Shown: piece by piece, positions 45,387 through 58,444 of the stretch
How the letters are laid out: every line of letters begins with the position of its first letter
Position numbering within the stretch: position 1 is the first letter of the stretch
DNA from: Atractiella rhizophila
Taxonomy: Eukaryota
NCBI GenBank assembly: GCA_021432655.1
Contig: MU271398.1
Span: 3,880-67,879, forward strand
Direction: 5' to 3'
Length of the DNA: 64,000 nt
Made by a program: the position numbers and the translations under genes
Notes under the pieces: generated by a model
Databases searched by the model: none
Seen by the model: only the letters and a program-made list of their open reading frames with translations
Told to the model about the DNA's origin: nothing

Positions 45387-46877
45387 TCACTTCTCAGGCA
45401 AGAAGAGGCTCTCCAAGGTATTAAGATGGATATTTCTATCTGAACAGACCTCTTCGAGAGGTCTGTAATCCTTCTCGTCGAAATCGTATGTGCGGATTTT
45501 CACGTCGAGCTCCTTCAGGTTTGGAAGATTGAGCCTGAGGAAGGTATTGCGGAACGCTTCTTGCCTTGTTTCTCGAGGAGGTGAAGCTAGTGATGCTTGA
45601 GGTCGAGGTTGAGGAGGACGAGGTGGGGTGCTTATTCTAGCCGGGGTTTTAGACTTCGAAGACATGGCCAACATAGAGTTGTACGATGGAGCTTGGTGTC
45701 CAGGATTCTTGAAAGCCTCGTTACTGCCCATTCCAAACGCGACAATTCGCTCTGGTATAGCTGAGAGGAGGTTGGTAATGGCTTCGCAAGGAGCCTTCTC
45801 TGTCGCTTCCCTCGTTATGTACGGCCCGTTGAGCTCGAGAACGCGAATCTTGGAAACAACAGCGAAGAGATTGAGTACATCGGCGAGTGGTGCTAAGTCA
45901 GGATTGGAGGAAGTTGCCCAGACAGAAGATTGTCCGAGACAGAACCTAAAGGTTTGCAGGTTGGACAGATCGAGCGATTGAAAGGTGGCTACGAAGGGCC
46001 TGGATGGATTGGAATATTGCGATCGTGACATCGAAAGGTTAATCTCTCGCAACCTTGGAGAGATAGGTCGGATTCTGGAGATACTCTCAAGGGTATCGAG
46101 GGCTGTATCGCATTTGTTAAAAGTGACAGAGGTCAAGTTGATGCTCGCGTCTGTCCTAAAGCAGGCGAAACCCTTGGGCCAATTCTCGCACACGAGGGAA
46201 GTGACAAAAGTCATCTCCGACAAAGCCGTGTTGACTTGATCCTTCAAGGAGGTATCGCTCCATAAATACAACGTGGGAAGTCTGATTCTAAGCTCGTATG
46301 CTTGCTTGGGACCATCTCTCTTCAAGACATCCAGGAAGCCAATGAGGTCGAATGTAGCTTGAGACGAGTTGCCAGCATCGACAATGAGGCAACGAAGGTT
46401 CTTGAGCTGTTGAAAAACTGCTTGCGCTGTAGAGCGAGTGGTAGACGCTTTTCCAGAGCCAAAGCAGCGGAAGGTCAGGTTCTTGACCAGATCCTGATTT
46501 CCCATAGCCCGTGGCTTTCCTACGCCCAAATGTGGTCCTGAGGCAGCCGACGAAGAAAGAGGAGCGGCCTTCATTTTCTTGCAAAGAGCAACAAAGTCCT
46601 TCACCTGGCTCTTTGACGCGATATTGACATTCTGCAGGAGGAGACGCTGGGCTGGACTGGTGAAATCTCGACAGACGAGACTGAGGGTCTGGAGTATGGG
46701 ATAACTTTTCATTTCGAACTTCCCACCTCGATTTTTTTGATCCGCTTCTGCCGTGGTCGATGCGTATGTTGCATAGGTGAAAATGAGGTGAAGGATCTCG
46801 TGAGGAACATCCTTGATCCCGACTCGAGGAGGAATTGTTGCTGGTGGCAAACAGCCTAGACCTTTTCGACCACCCAT
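45387..46877 (-). CDS. F-box protein with LRR-like C-terminus (single long ORF)
   Basis: IKDVPHEILHLIF...LSLVCRDFTSPAQRLLLQNV F-box-like pattern; LxxL repeats (LKNLRCL, LSNLQTF, LPNLKEL). Confidence 0.8.
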   Translation of the reverse strand: MGGRKGLGCLPPATIPPRVGIKDVPHEILHLIFTYATYASTTAEADQKNRGGKFEMKSYPILQTLSLVCRDFTSPAQRLLLQNVNIASKSQVKDFVALCKKMKAAPLSSSAASGPHLGVGKPRAMGNQDLVKNLTFRCFGSGKASTTRSTAQAVFQQLKNLRCLIVDAGNSSQATFDLIGFLDVLKRDGPKQAYELRIRLPTLYLWSDTSLKDQVNTALSEMTFVTSLVCENWPKGFACFRTDASINLTSVTFNKCDTALDTLESISRIRPISPRLREINLSMSRSQYSNPSRPFVATFQSLDLSNLQTFRFCLGQSSVWATSSNPDLAPLADVLNLFAVVSKIRVLELNGPYITREATEKAPCEAITNLLSAIPERIVAFGMGSNEAFKNPGHQAPSYNSMLAMSSKSKTPARISTPPRPPQPRPQASLASPPRETRQEAFRNTFLRLNLPNLKELDVKIRTYDFDEKDYRPLEEVCSDRNIHLNTLESLFLPEK

Positions 46878-49040
46878 AGTTGTCTGCACAACCAGCGTCA
46901 TCAGGATTCGTCTCCTTTGAACAATACGCAGAAATTCCAACCTCTAACAGCGGACGAGCAACCATGAACTCTGCGCACATCTGAGGCTGCCTCAGGCTGA
47001 AGAAAGCCATCCCACGAACTTGCTTGGCGAAGCCTGTCGCTCAAAATTCTACCCTGAATTTGTAAACGCTGAGGGCAAAAGGCTTATAACATTGATACCC
47101 AAGCGAAATGTGCTGTCGGACGTGAGACCAATTCTGTGGAAAACAACCATTCGACTCGTTCTAAATGCAATGATAACCCGAAGGATTGAGGGATGGGAGA
47201 ATTCCATGGAGGAGAAAGGACCAGGGTCAACGGTATCAGCTGCCATTCACAAACGGGAAGTGGCGGCTCCGTTAGGTCATGGAAGCCTCCCACCGTTTCC
47301 ACCCCATTCAGTCAACCGTGGGCCTGTGTGGGCCCATCTTTAGCGGAGCCATCCGGCTGCATGTTTGTGAACTCAGATCGTTCACAGCTTCAGTTCTCTG
47401 ACGTTCTCGGAAGATAAATTCAAGTTCTAGATTGTTCCAGGAGCAATTCCTGTCACTGGATTGTGGTGTTCAAATAAGACTGTATCAATCGATTATCAAA
47501 TATCAAAATGCCATGATAAATGATAAATGTAATGCACCAGCTCTCTAACTCTGACATTCAAGTAATCGAATGTCAAGTATCAACGAGATCACTTCGGAGT
47601 GTGCTCCCTCTGGGTAGTTACCCCAGCTCATTCCATCCAAGATTGTAGCAAAACCTCTGTTTCATAAGACAAAGGGCGACCCTGTAGTCAAAAAGGGGCG
47701 GGAAATAACTCAGGCACACGTTAATGCACCATAATAGAGTTACGTGAGCCACCACAATTGCTCAATTCGAGTGAGTAGCAAAACTCACGTGATCACATTC
47801 TTCCATGAGCTTTGAGCTTGGATTCCTCCTCCGATATTAGCTACCTCCTCCTACAATATTCCTACCTCCCTAACCCATACAAATCTCACAAGTGCGAAAG
47901 TGACGGCTCAAGCGCTTAAAGAGTTTGGTTGTCCTTCGGACTCCTTCCTCGCGATCTAGGGTTAGGCTGTTTCAGGTTCGTTCGTTGTTCCACTTCAGAC
48001 ATTTTATTTGGGTATTGTTCATAATATTATTGAGTATTAGATTTTAATGAAAAATTAATGAAAGGAAGGATCAGGAGGATTCGACTGAAATATACCGCAC
48101 GCTGCAATGTTTTCTGTTTTTTTGTGTGTGGTTTCATAATAAGCGGATCGGTGTAAAGTGATGTTAACTATTTTGAAAATCTCTCAATTTGTCAGGCGTG
48201 ATTTGACCACTGTGCCTGGCCTTGTTGCTTCAAAGATTTTAATAGGCTCAACAGGATATGGAAGTTATCCAAACCTGATAGTCTGAGCTGAAGGATCAAG
48301 GGGCCGTTTTGTTACATGGTGACATTGTATTCCATCTTCTGGACTCAGATGTTTGCATAGCCGCTTCTGTATCGCATGAAATGTGATTATTTCCTCGCGC
48401 AACTGTACATCTGTCAAGTGCGCTTGTTGAGACCTTTACGACAAGTTGAGCTTTTACACATGAAATGATGATAACTGCCTCTAGGAGGTAGGATATGCTG
48501 TGTATCACTCTATGAAGGATATGCAGCAGAAACATACTTGTTCTCTTTGTTTTCCCCTGAAGGCTCTCCCCTTCATGCTCAACTCACAAAAATAAGCTGA
48601 TGCAGAAGATTAGCTCACAGTCTCATGTACAGATTGACCGTTTAGGTATCATGTCAGGCTTCTGTAAAGGGTATAGACTGAGTTACTGATTCCGGACACC
48701 TCAGGTGGGTTTCCCTTTCGATAATCGAACATCTGTTTGGACGTCCTCCTCAACCGAGCTGATTGTCAATCATTCGGGAGGTTGATTTTTTTCTAGAATT
48801 TATGCCCGCGTACTATTTCTCGACTATGCATAGTGACGAGAGCGCACTGCTGCGTTTTAGAGGCAATCATAATTCTTATATCCGCATGAATTTCTGTTGA
48901 GGCTTCCTCCTTGCAGTCACGTTCCAGTGTCTTGATGTACTGGGGATCGGCTACCAGATATATATGTGGACAAGCAATGGTCAATGCTGTCTGATTCTTA
49001 CATGACACAACAAAGTTGACAACCAATGATTTAACTCTTC

Positions 49041-50144
49041 TCAGGTCCCTCCAAGCTTCTTCAGATCCCGGGCTAAAATATCCACGACCTCCTCCCACTT
49101 CCTCTTCCTTTCCTTTGCTTCCTCAACGCTTTCCTGACCCACTTCTGTCTTACTAACAAACCTATACGTCTCCGCCATTCCCTCGAACATCCTCCCACCT
49201 CCCGCCAATCCCGCATCTGAGAATGCCTTTGAAATCTCGTCCATCTCTCCATGCCACCTGAACGCCTTCGCGAGCGAGTTAGGGAAACCGTTCGAGATCC
49301 TGCTTAGAGAAGACGGGGCGTGGGAGGAAAGAGCGGAGGAAAGGGACGGCAATACGTCGTATTTCGATGCTAGGAGGGCAGCATTTACCCTACATCACGA
49401 TACAAGCAGAGAGTCGTCAGCGATGAAATATAGAAAGCTGGCGCACGTCTGACTGACGCAGAAGGTACGGACTCACCCTATAGCCAGGAACCCTTTCGAC
49501 ATACAAGCAAACGCCAGCTTAGTTGCACTCGCCTGCCCATTTCTGTCTCCCACCACCTCAATACTCTCCCCAAAGCCAGACAAGAGAAGTTCGACCTCCT
49601 TCGCCTTCTCTCCCGAAATGACGAGCAGAGGGCAAGATCCTTCTTTCCCCTCTGCCTTTTCAGGGACGGTGGCGGGACCCCCGATGATGCCTCCATCTAC
49701 GAAAGCAATCGAGGTATCCGCAAAACACCTCTCCGCCTCCTCAGCTGTCGATGGAGCGATCGCATTGAGATCAACGAAATATTTCGTCCTCACTTTCTCC
49801 GCACCTATCTCTTTTGCAATTGCACCGAATTTCTGTGCCGTTGGAAGCGCTTGCTCGTTCACCAGAACGCTGAGGACGACATCACACTTCTTCAGGATCT
49901 CAGCGTCGTCGGACAGATCGATGAGTGATCCTTGATCGACGAGACCAGAGCAGAGCGAACGAGTGCGTGCAGAACGGGAGGAGAGGTTGGTGTATGCTTT
50001 CAAAGGGGGAGAATGGGAAGAGAGGAGGTAGGCTATCAACGAGGTGCCCTGAGAAGCGAGACGTCAGATTTGAAATAATGGGAAAGTGAAGCCATGGAAC
50101 TCGACCATTGAGCCTGGATAAAGAATCCCAACAGTGTAAGACAT
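49041..50144 (-). CDS. NAD(P)-dependent 6PGDH/3-hydroxyisobutyrate dehydrogenase-like protein with DUF1932-like C-terminus
   Basis: VGILYPGSMG, CDVVLSVL, FVDLNAIAP, FVDGGIIGGP, GQASATKL..SKG and AFRWHGEMDEI motifs. Confidence 0.85.
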
Positions 50145-50878
50145 TTTAGAGTAGTTATGTCTAGGTGAGTACGGGACAGCTTTTGGTCCTTCATGCAATT
50201 TTCATGGACGACGTTGATACAGTCATTCCAATCAAGGTGAGATGAGTAAGACTCCGCAACCCTGGGACTATTCTTGGACTCCATTTCGAAGCAAAGCCTG
50301 AAGAGCCTGCTTTGAGCGCTTGAGTGACAGCTTGCTGTGTCCAACACGTCCACATTTGTTACCGGGAGCAGTGATGGGGAGAAGAACAAAGGCGGATTGG
50401 CGGATTGGATACTCCACAAGTGTGGTGAAACAGGACTCGGCCGGAACAATACACAGCAGAGAAGTTGACGAGCAAGCAAGTCAAGGCAGGCGGGATGGAA
50501 GAAGGGACAGTTGAAGGTTTCGATGGTGCGTAGCCCAGTTGTGGATGGGAGAGGTAGAAGACGTTCTTTGGAATCTTCAAGTCGCGTTCTGTTTTCTTGT
50601 TTTCGAGTTGGCGACGGGCCATCTTTACAAAAAAGACATGGATTCCAACACGTCTATACTCCTGAGGATAGTAGGTATACAGAACAATACTTCCATTTCC
50701 ACTTTGACTAAATGGTGTTGTGTTGCGAATTCACAAAAAACGAAGCGAAATAACGAAGAATCAACCTTCAAGTTATGAGCACTAAAATGCTGATATAGAT
50801 GGATAAAATGTGAGCACTGAACACTGATTGTTTGGACAACATTTATCTATAGACGGAACGAATGATGGTTCCGTCTCC

Positions 50879-52146
50879 TTAACGCGTTGAACGAGAATCG
50901 AGGGTTGGCGGGAGCGTGAGCGTTGGGCGGGCTGGGTTACGTTCGAGCTCTGTGATGCGTTGAAGCAGTGTTTGAATGTAACGATTTTGCTGTTCCGTTC
51001 TCACTCTTGAGCTTCCAGTGATAACGGAAGCATGAGAAGAGAGACAGACCTGCTTTAAATCGTCCTCTAATTTATCGTTTCTGAGCATGAGGGCTCTATT
51101 CTCGCTTCTCATACGCTCCAGATCCGTGTAAACACGGCTCTTGAATGTTTCGACTGCCCTCTATTTAGCATCGTGCCAAGTTCAGTCATCCATAATTGGA
51201 GACGAGAAAGGACACAGACCTGCAGTTCGACGGAGGGACTGACATCCCGGTCCCTCGACCGTTCGTCGTCCATAGACAGTTTGGGACGGACGTCTCGATA
51301 GAGATCCGTCGAATTGTGCAGCTTTGGCAACTGGAGTCTAGTTGGCGCATCGAAAGCGGGCCGCGGAGCCTATGAATATTAAAGGAGATTGAGTGGAAAG
51401 CTAGCGGAGAGAAAGGAAGCTTGGATGAAAGGGAAAAAGGGAGATTGAGCGTAGCTCACCTCGTACCCTGGCGGAGTTCGCTTTCTCTTCAGGTCGTAGA
51501 GTGGAGGGCTGGATGTGGCATGTGTTGGTGCGCCGGCATGAGAGTAGGGAAGTTCATCTCTCTCCCTCATAGGAGGGAGAGGAGTTCGTATATCATTGGG
51601 AGAGATAGAGAGTTGGTGAGGAGGCGCATGGCTTGTCCCAATTCCCACGATGACCGTTGTGCTCGTCGGGCTCCTACCTCCACTAGTACCATCTTCGGTT
51701 GTCACTTGCATGGAGGATCCATCTTCGCCGAATGTCCCACGACGGTTGGCAGACTTTTTTGCCCTATCTGTCTTTTTCTTTAGTCGCGAGGCTTTGCACG
51801 TCAAATAGTTCCCTCCGAATTCCTCTGCCACGTGTTAAAAAGTTCTGAGGTCAGTAAAGATTTAGAGAAAAGTGGGGATGGGGAGGGGGAAACAAAGGAA
51901 GTAAATGCACCTATCGGGTGACCTGCTTTGTGGTGACTATTTGAAAGAGAAAGGTCAATATTTCGTAACAAAACGAGATGGGACAGCGCCGACGAACCTG
52001 CAGTACCTCTCTCCAGGCTGTAGATGAGTCTTTTCATACTCCTCCCTCGCTGTGACGGCAGAGGCGATATTGAGAGGAGGCTGAGAGGTCCCTCGTGCTG
52101 AAGAGCTGTCTTCTTCTGACATTCTTCGCTCGTTCGTGTCGCTCAT
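50879..52146 (-). CDS. Hypothetical protein, C-x2-H-x3-H...C motif plus basic tract and leucine zipper (paralogue B)
   Basis: Spliced EEYEKTHLQPGERYCSHHKAGHPIEEFGGNYLTCKASRLKKK; LKRKR NLS-like; zipper MRSENRALMLRNDKL...YIQTLLQRITELERN. Confidence 0.72.
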
Positions 52147-53207
52147 GTGGGAAGATGGTCGAAGATGAAAATATCCTTGAACGGCTTGGGGTTGCGTTCC
52201 GCCGACCGATTCGAATTTGACGGCGCTCAAGCCTTTGGCTTTAGTAGAAGACGCCTGCACGATCCTTTTAACCGTGATAAAGAAGCGAGGCTCCTTCGAA
52301 CCCAGGTTGAAGGTGGCCACAGAATGAGCTGGTGGATGTAAGAGGGATTATGAACCGTTGGACGTGTGTGTCTGCCTAAAAGGCATTCGCGTGAAGAAGC
52401 TTAGAGTTGGATGGAAGAACTGTCCGAAAGTCCATGACATGATGGCTTGGGTTCAGTTCGACATTACCCAAAGTGCTTTCCACGGCGGGGAGTTCCGTGA
52501 CGGCTCCGTCGGCTATTCCCTCCCCTTTCAATCAGATCTCAGCATCTTCCCGAAATTGCGTTCGCCCTATTCAGCCTTGCGACTTTGACGAATTTGCTTC
52601 CACAGTCCACAGCATTCTCACGTTTAAGTCTAATCGTACGTAGGCTCAGTACGAGCATCCTGACGCCTTACAGGCTCACTCAGAATTATTCCACCTACTG
52701 TACTGTCAACGCGTTGAACACTTGCAACACCCCACGCGCTTTTACGCTCAAGCTCGCCGCACATGCTCCTTGCCGGCTTCAGCTCCCGGAAAGCTTGCGA
52801 CCTCGAGGAGTAGATGAACGGTAATGAAGGAAACGTTGTCGCGCAATATGGAGATGGTAATTAGGGCAGGATCTGGTTAATCCTTGCATAGATAGCATGG
52901 GAAGAATGGAACGGTATTACTCCCCGGTCATGAAAGAGGTCGGGAGGGAAACGTCGGTGGACATTACCTTGGACATTACCTTGTAGCGGTCGGAGGACTG
53001 ATGGTGGAGAACTACTGCACATGAATTGAAGCCCAAGATGGTCCATTCCATGTGCTAAACAGTGGAATGACTGGATACGTATTACATCATACATCTGGAA
53101 GCAAGCCAAAGGGATAGATTCAATTTGGGTCACACACACATTACTTTTATGAAAGTCAATGACATGAGTAAACGAAGCAAAGAGCTGACTTGGAAGGATC
53201 ATTCGGA

Positions 53208-56200
53208 TCAATCGTACAGCAATAATTTCCCAAGCAAGGCTCTTGGGGTGGCAGCATGTAAGTTAGTGAGCTCTTTGAAGTGAACCATATCCACAGGACG
53301 GATCAGCTTCAAAAAGACATGTCGTTGATCGTGGGAGATCTTTTCGTTTTGCAGACAATCATAGCACTGCACAGCATTACATAACGTCGTCAATATTGTC
53401 CTGTAGGTGTGAAAAGAGAGGACGGAAAGTAATGAATTAGAGAACCCACCAGGTCGTAGCACCCAGCGCAACACGCGCAACACATCCAAGCCCCCTTTAT
53501 TGACTTCATGCAGAAATCGCTATTCCCACATCAAGCACATCAAACTCTAATCCTCAACCAGATGAAAGAAAAAGGGGTTGGAGCGGATAAGGTATCCCGA
53601 CACACCAGATGACAGCCTTGTGCATGATTTCCTCTTCTTGCGAACCACCGATGCTGTTGAAAGTCCTCAACTCAATGGCGGATCGATCATCTCTCCCTCC
53701 AGCTCCGTTGGAACCCCCAACGCCGCTTCCTGCCTGGCTCCCCCTGTCCCTCGACGAAAACTGTCTCACACTCGATCCTCCATCGGATCCTGAACCGATT
53801 GTTTGTTGATACAAGATTGGTAAAAGACGTGGAAGCCTCGGCAGGGGTCGTTCGAGGGGTCGTGGTAGGCGGAGGAAGGCGTGCAGGGGATCATGAATGA
53901 TCTGCGAGCTCTTCTCGCAATCCTCACAAAGGTTGTAAGAAGGGTCGGTCGAACAGTTAGCGCACAACCACCTCATCCCAACAATCGCACGATCGCACCC
54001 ATTACAAAGCACATCATCGTGCACGAACACGCTGTCTCCTTCCCCAGGCCTTCTGAACGTCATAGGCTCCAGCGCCAATGCGGCGGACACCTGTCCGTTA
54101 TTCATCCCACCCGCATTAATGAGGTAAACTGGTGGGGGAGGTGGAGGACCATGATGCCTTCGATGAGGCGGTGGATGATGTCCCCAGAAATGGTGTGGAG
54201 GACCAAAGGGTGGGCCATGACCATAGGGGAAATCGTGGAACCTGAAATCTGGTCGTTCTCTTCGTTCAAGGTCCCATCTCTCCCTCTCTTCCCAGCCTCC
54301 GCCGCGACGCCTCCTAGAAGAAGAAGCGGAGTCATCATCCCGTCCCCCTTCCGTGAGTCGACGTGCGCGATCGTTAGCTTCTGCTAATGCTTCTGGTTCC
54401 ACTGGAACTATTATCTTGAGCAGAATGTGTGTTTGATCATGATATCCATCCGGAGACGAGATCGGAGGGCTAATGGACTCGCATTTGGCACAGAGATCGA
54501 AAGAAGGGCAAACTGCGCAATGAAACCTGTCATCGTTCATCAACCAATGACTCCTTTTCGCTTCACTGATGCAAGCATAAGACATACCGAGGACCAACAA
54601 TTTCTGCCAAACACCCAAAGCACATAACATCGACATGTTTCTGCGGTCCACTGAGGGGCATGACGGGCAATTCCGACCTTCCATTCCTCTCATACACTCC
54701 TGTGGAGCTCCCGCTACCACTTCCAGAGGATGAGAAACTAGCATCCGGGCTACCCCTGATCCCTCTAGCGCGCAGTATCGCTTCTCTAAACTGCTCCGAC
54801 GTGACGCTCTGAGAGTCCACAGTGGAAGAAGCTTCTCCAGGACCAGATGGCGAAAGCTCGACGAAACGAGGTGGTGGTGCCGGACGATCTGGTACTGCGA
54901 GGAAGGCATGTACTGGGTGAATGTCCTCGATAGCCAAACACCCAAAGCACATAACATCGACATGTTTCTGCGGTCCACTGAGGGGCATGACTGGCAATTC
55001 CGATCTTCCATTCCTCTCATACACTCCTGTGGAGCTCCCGCTACCACTCCCAGAGGACGAGAAACTAGCATCCGGGCTACCCCTGATCCCTCTAGCGCGC
55101 AGTATCGCTTCTCTGAACTGCTCTGACGTGACGCTCTGAGAGTCCACAGTGGAAGAAGCTTCTCCGGGACCAGATGGTGAAAGCTCGACGAAACGAGGTG
55201 GTGGTGCCGGACGATCGGGTACTGCGAGGAAGGCATGTACTGGGTGAATGTCCTCGATGCGTCGATAACAATTAAGGCAGAGTTCAAATTTAGGACACGA
55301 AAGGCCTATCCACCTTCATTAGAGCAGAGGACAGAGGGCAGTAAAGAAAGAGAAACGCACATTTGAAACGGTTGTGAAGTATAGGCCCAGTTCCACAAAT
55401 GGAACACCTAACGACATCCGCATACTCCACCTCCCTCCACTCTCCCTCTTCACTCTTCATGACCTCTCCAAACACATGTCTCAACACGCTACCCCTCCCA
55501 CTTCCACTAATCACGCTTCCTTCTCCCTCATCCACCCCATTCGCCGAAGCTCCCGAACTGCTGCCAGAAGAGCTCTTCTCCTTCTCAGCGCATGCAAGCG
55601 CATGCTTCAGACCCTCGCTCTCGATACACATCGCGCACAGCTCGTATCCTCCAGTCACCAATCCTCCTTCTCCCGCTTCATCCAACGTCTCGAAATCCCT
55701 TCTCAGATCCCTAGAAGCTAACTCCGACCCATCCTCAATGTGCACAGGGATAACGTGCACGCCAGGTTGTAAAGGTCCTTGCTCCGGCACATGAACGACC
55801 TTAGGGTACTCTTCCCTGGTCGTCCCCACCTCTTCATCATCGTCCTCATCTTCGTCCTTCGGAAGAAGTGGACCGCACGACGTACACACGTACCGAATCT
55901 GTTCCATATTATTCTTACAATTCGAGCATCGCAACAAATAGTTCGGTAAACTCGACAGATGAGATTTGGACAGCAACGATCTCCTCTCCAGCCTGTCCGT
56001 GGCAGACGAAGGTTCCTCCGTGACCGCTATCTCGACCTCAAACTCTTCTTCAGGGGCAGACTGAGGCCCCAAAGGAAGAGAGTTCTGTCTCGACGAAATG
56101 GTGCTACCATTGTCAGCGGTGAGGGCAGGGGTCCTTCCCGTTCCCGTCGAATGGGTGATAGAATAATCGAACGATATCGGGCTGACGCTTCGTTTCCCCT

Positions 56201-58080
56201 TTCCCTGTCCCGCTCCATTCGCCGCCATCCCCAACCCGCCCATAGCTGCATTCCCATTATTCGGGTTCGCCAGCGCATTCTGTCCGGGACTAGTAGCAGC
56301 CGTCCCCGTTCCACTCCCACTACCTCCACTCCCACTCCTCCCACCCCCACTTCCCCCACTCGCCCTACTCCCTCCTGAACTGCTTCCGCTTCCGCTTCCG
56401 CTGCCTTTCCTGATGTTGTCGGGTCGCAATATAGACAGCATGGCGTTGAGGTTCGGATCTTGGGAAGGGGAAGGGGGGTGGTGGTAGCTTCCCGAGGCTT
56501 TGGAATGCGGATGAGGATGTCTGGGGCCGGGTCCGTGTCGATGCGGAGGTTGAGGGTACGATTGGGGCTGCGAGTAGTTCCACTGATTCATGGGTGGGGG
56601 CGGAGGAGCATAGGGATTCGAATGAGCATGAGGTGGAGGTGGGGGAGGAGGACGGGCGTGGGGGTATGAAGGACCAGGAGGGGAGGGATAGAAGGCTGGA
56701 TAGCTGGCGGACGGGTGTGGATAGCCAGGACGAGGGGGTGGTTTGTGCATGTCTCGGTCTCTCCATTGATTGTCAGGATGTGGAGGAGGAAAGCTATTGT
56801 GATGATACCTCTCCCTAGACCGTGAACGAGAGCGATGTCGACCCTTCCCATGTCTCCGACCACCACCAGGACCGCCGCCATGACCACCATGACGCGGTCC
56901 TCTCCAATCCGACATCTCCGAGCGCTCATCCATCTCTCTTCCTCTCGACGACGCTCCTCCCATGACCGATCCGGACCTGGACGTTCCAGCCCCACCTCCA
57001 AAGGACATGGAGAAAGCATCCCCATCTCCGCTCTCGGACATCCAACTCTGACTCTGACTCTCGCTCCATCCGCTCGCGCTCTCCCTCCCGCTCGTTCCAT
57101 TCACCAAGCTCCCTCCCTCGCTCAAAGACGGTCCATCGTATTCCACTCCGACCGTGACTCGCATCGTCACTTTCTTCCCCCCGCCTCCTGCTCCGGAAGT
57201 CGACGAGGAATAGACGGACGCGCCATCGTCTTCGTCCGTCGGACTGAAGTAGAGGATGGCTTCGATGAGGTCGGAGAGTGAGTCGATCACGTTCACGTCG
57301 CCATCGTCGTCTTGGTAGGTGATCTGGTGATTCGTGGAGGTCGGTGGGAGGGAAAAAGACTGGGCGATCTGTTTCGATTCATCAGCGTCCACTCTAAGAT
57401 GAATATACGAATCGTGATATCTGCAGCATCGACTAGAGGTCTTCTCCGCCCTGACAAGTATTTTTCATTTTTATGATGAAAATGAAATATTGCAGAAATC
57501 GATCTTAATTCGTGTCGTAGCATCCTGCATAGATTGAAACAGAACGATAATGGAGGTCGCCTCCACGCGAAGCAGGGCAGAACAGCAGACAGATGCGTCA
57601 TGCATAGATCCTTCCCTGCCATCTCAACCTCCCCCAACAGACCAAGTATTATAGTAGAACGTCGCCGAAAGAAAACAATCTGAAAACCATGAATCTTTCA
57701 TCTTTCTCCTCAATGAAACCATGAATCTTCATCTTTCTCCTCAAAGTGAAACGATGACTCGCTTCTTTCCACTGTCTTCGGACGTGAGGACGCTCAAGGA
57801 CGGGGAGACCCTCTCGGCTGGTCTCCGAGGAATCAGCACTCTCTTCCCATCTCTTCACCTCTCAACTCCTCATTCATTATACATCATACATCATTCAGAG
57901 TCTTACTCCATCACACACATACGACAGACCAAATAGATAGCAAGAAATAAGACCACGCACTTTACTCTTGAACAGCCCGATGTCGACCCCTCTACAACTT
58001 GGAAACGTGATCCTCCTCGCAGTCGGTAGACGCTCGAAAGAGGCCTTGATGATCAGAGGACAGTGCGGGAGGGAATCCAT
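53208..58080 (-). CDS. PB1-domain protein with about five ZZ-type zinc fingers
   Basis: PB1 (LIIKASFE..RRITFP / ITYQDDDGDVNVIDSLSDLIEA); ZZ units RCSNC, RCSIC, MCFGC..RFHCAVCPSFDLC, LCNGC..RWLCANC and ICDFC. First exon assignment is inferred. Confidence 0.82.
54606..55258. repeat. Tandem duplication, 2 x 327 bp, in frame within the ZZ gene
   Basis: Copies start at 54606 and 54933; nine substitutions counted by eye; the translated overlap is identical. Confidence 0.95.
57683..57745. repeat. Short ~32-bp tandem repeat (two copies) in the ZZ gene first intron
   Basis: aaaccatgaatctt(t)catctttctcctcaa occurs twice in tandem. Confidence 0.8.
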
Positions 58081-58444
58081 CCCTCGTCTGTCCTCCACCG
58101 GGGATACGTATCTCTAGAGCAGATCACCAATATGCGAGCGGTTTTTCGTGTGTTCTGCAGATGCAGACGAGATGAGATGGGAATGGGAGATGGAGATGGA
58201 GATGGATAGTAGTTATCCAGGTGGAGTAAATACGAGGTCGCTGTTGCTGCTGACTGCAGCGTTGAAGCGCCGGCGGAAGAGAGAGGCCTTCCCACCATCC
58301 ATCACATCCGTCCGGCCTACTCCCGCCCCACATCATCGGCAACACCCGGGCCATCCCAACCCGCGCTTCGATCATTTATAATCTCACTCACTCCATCCAT
58401 CCATCCATCCTTCCACTCCATCTTCCACTCAGATCAGGCACGCC

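Noticed and set aside
47867..47970. Telomere-like CCCTAACCC / TAGGGTTAGG strings
   Set aside because: Fewer than two full repeats; no evidence for a telomere or telomerase template.
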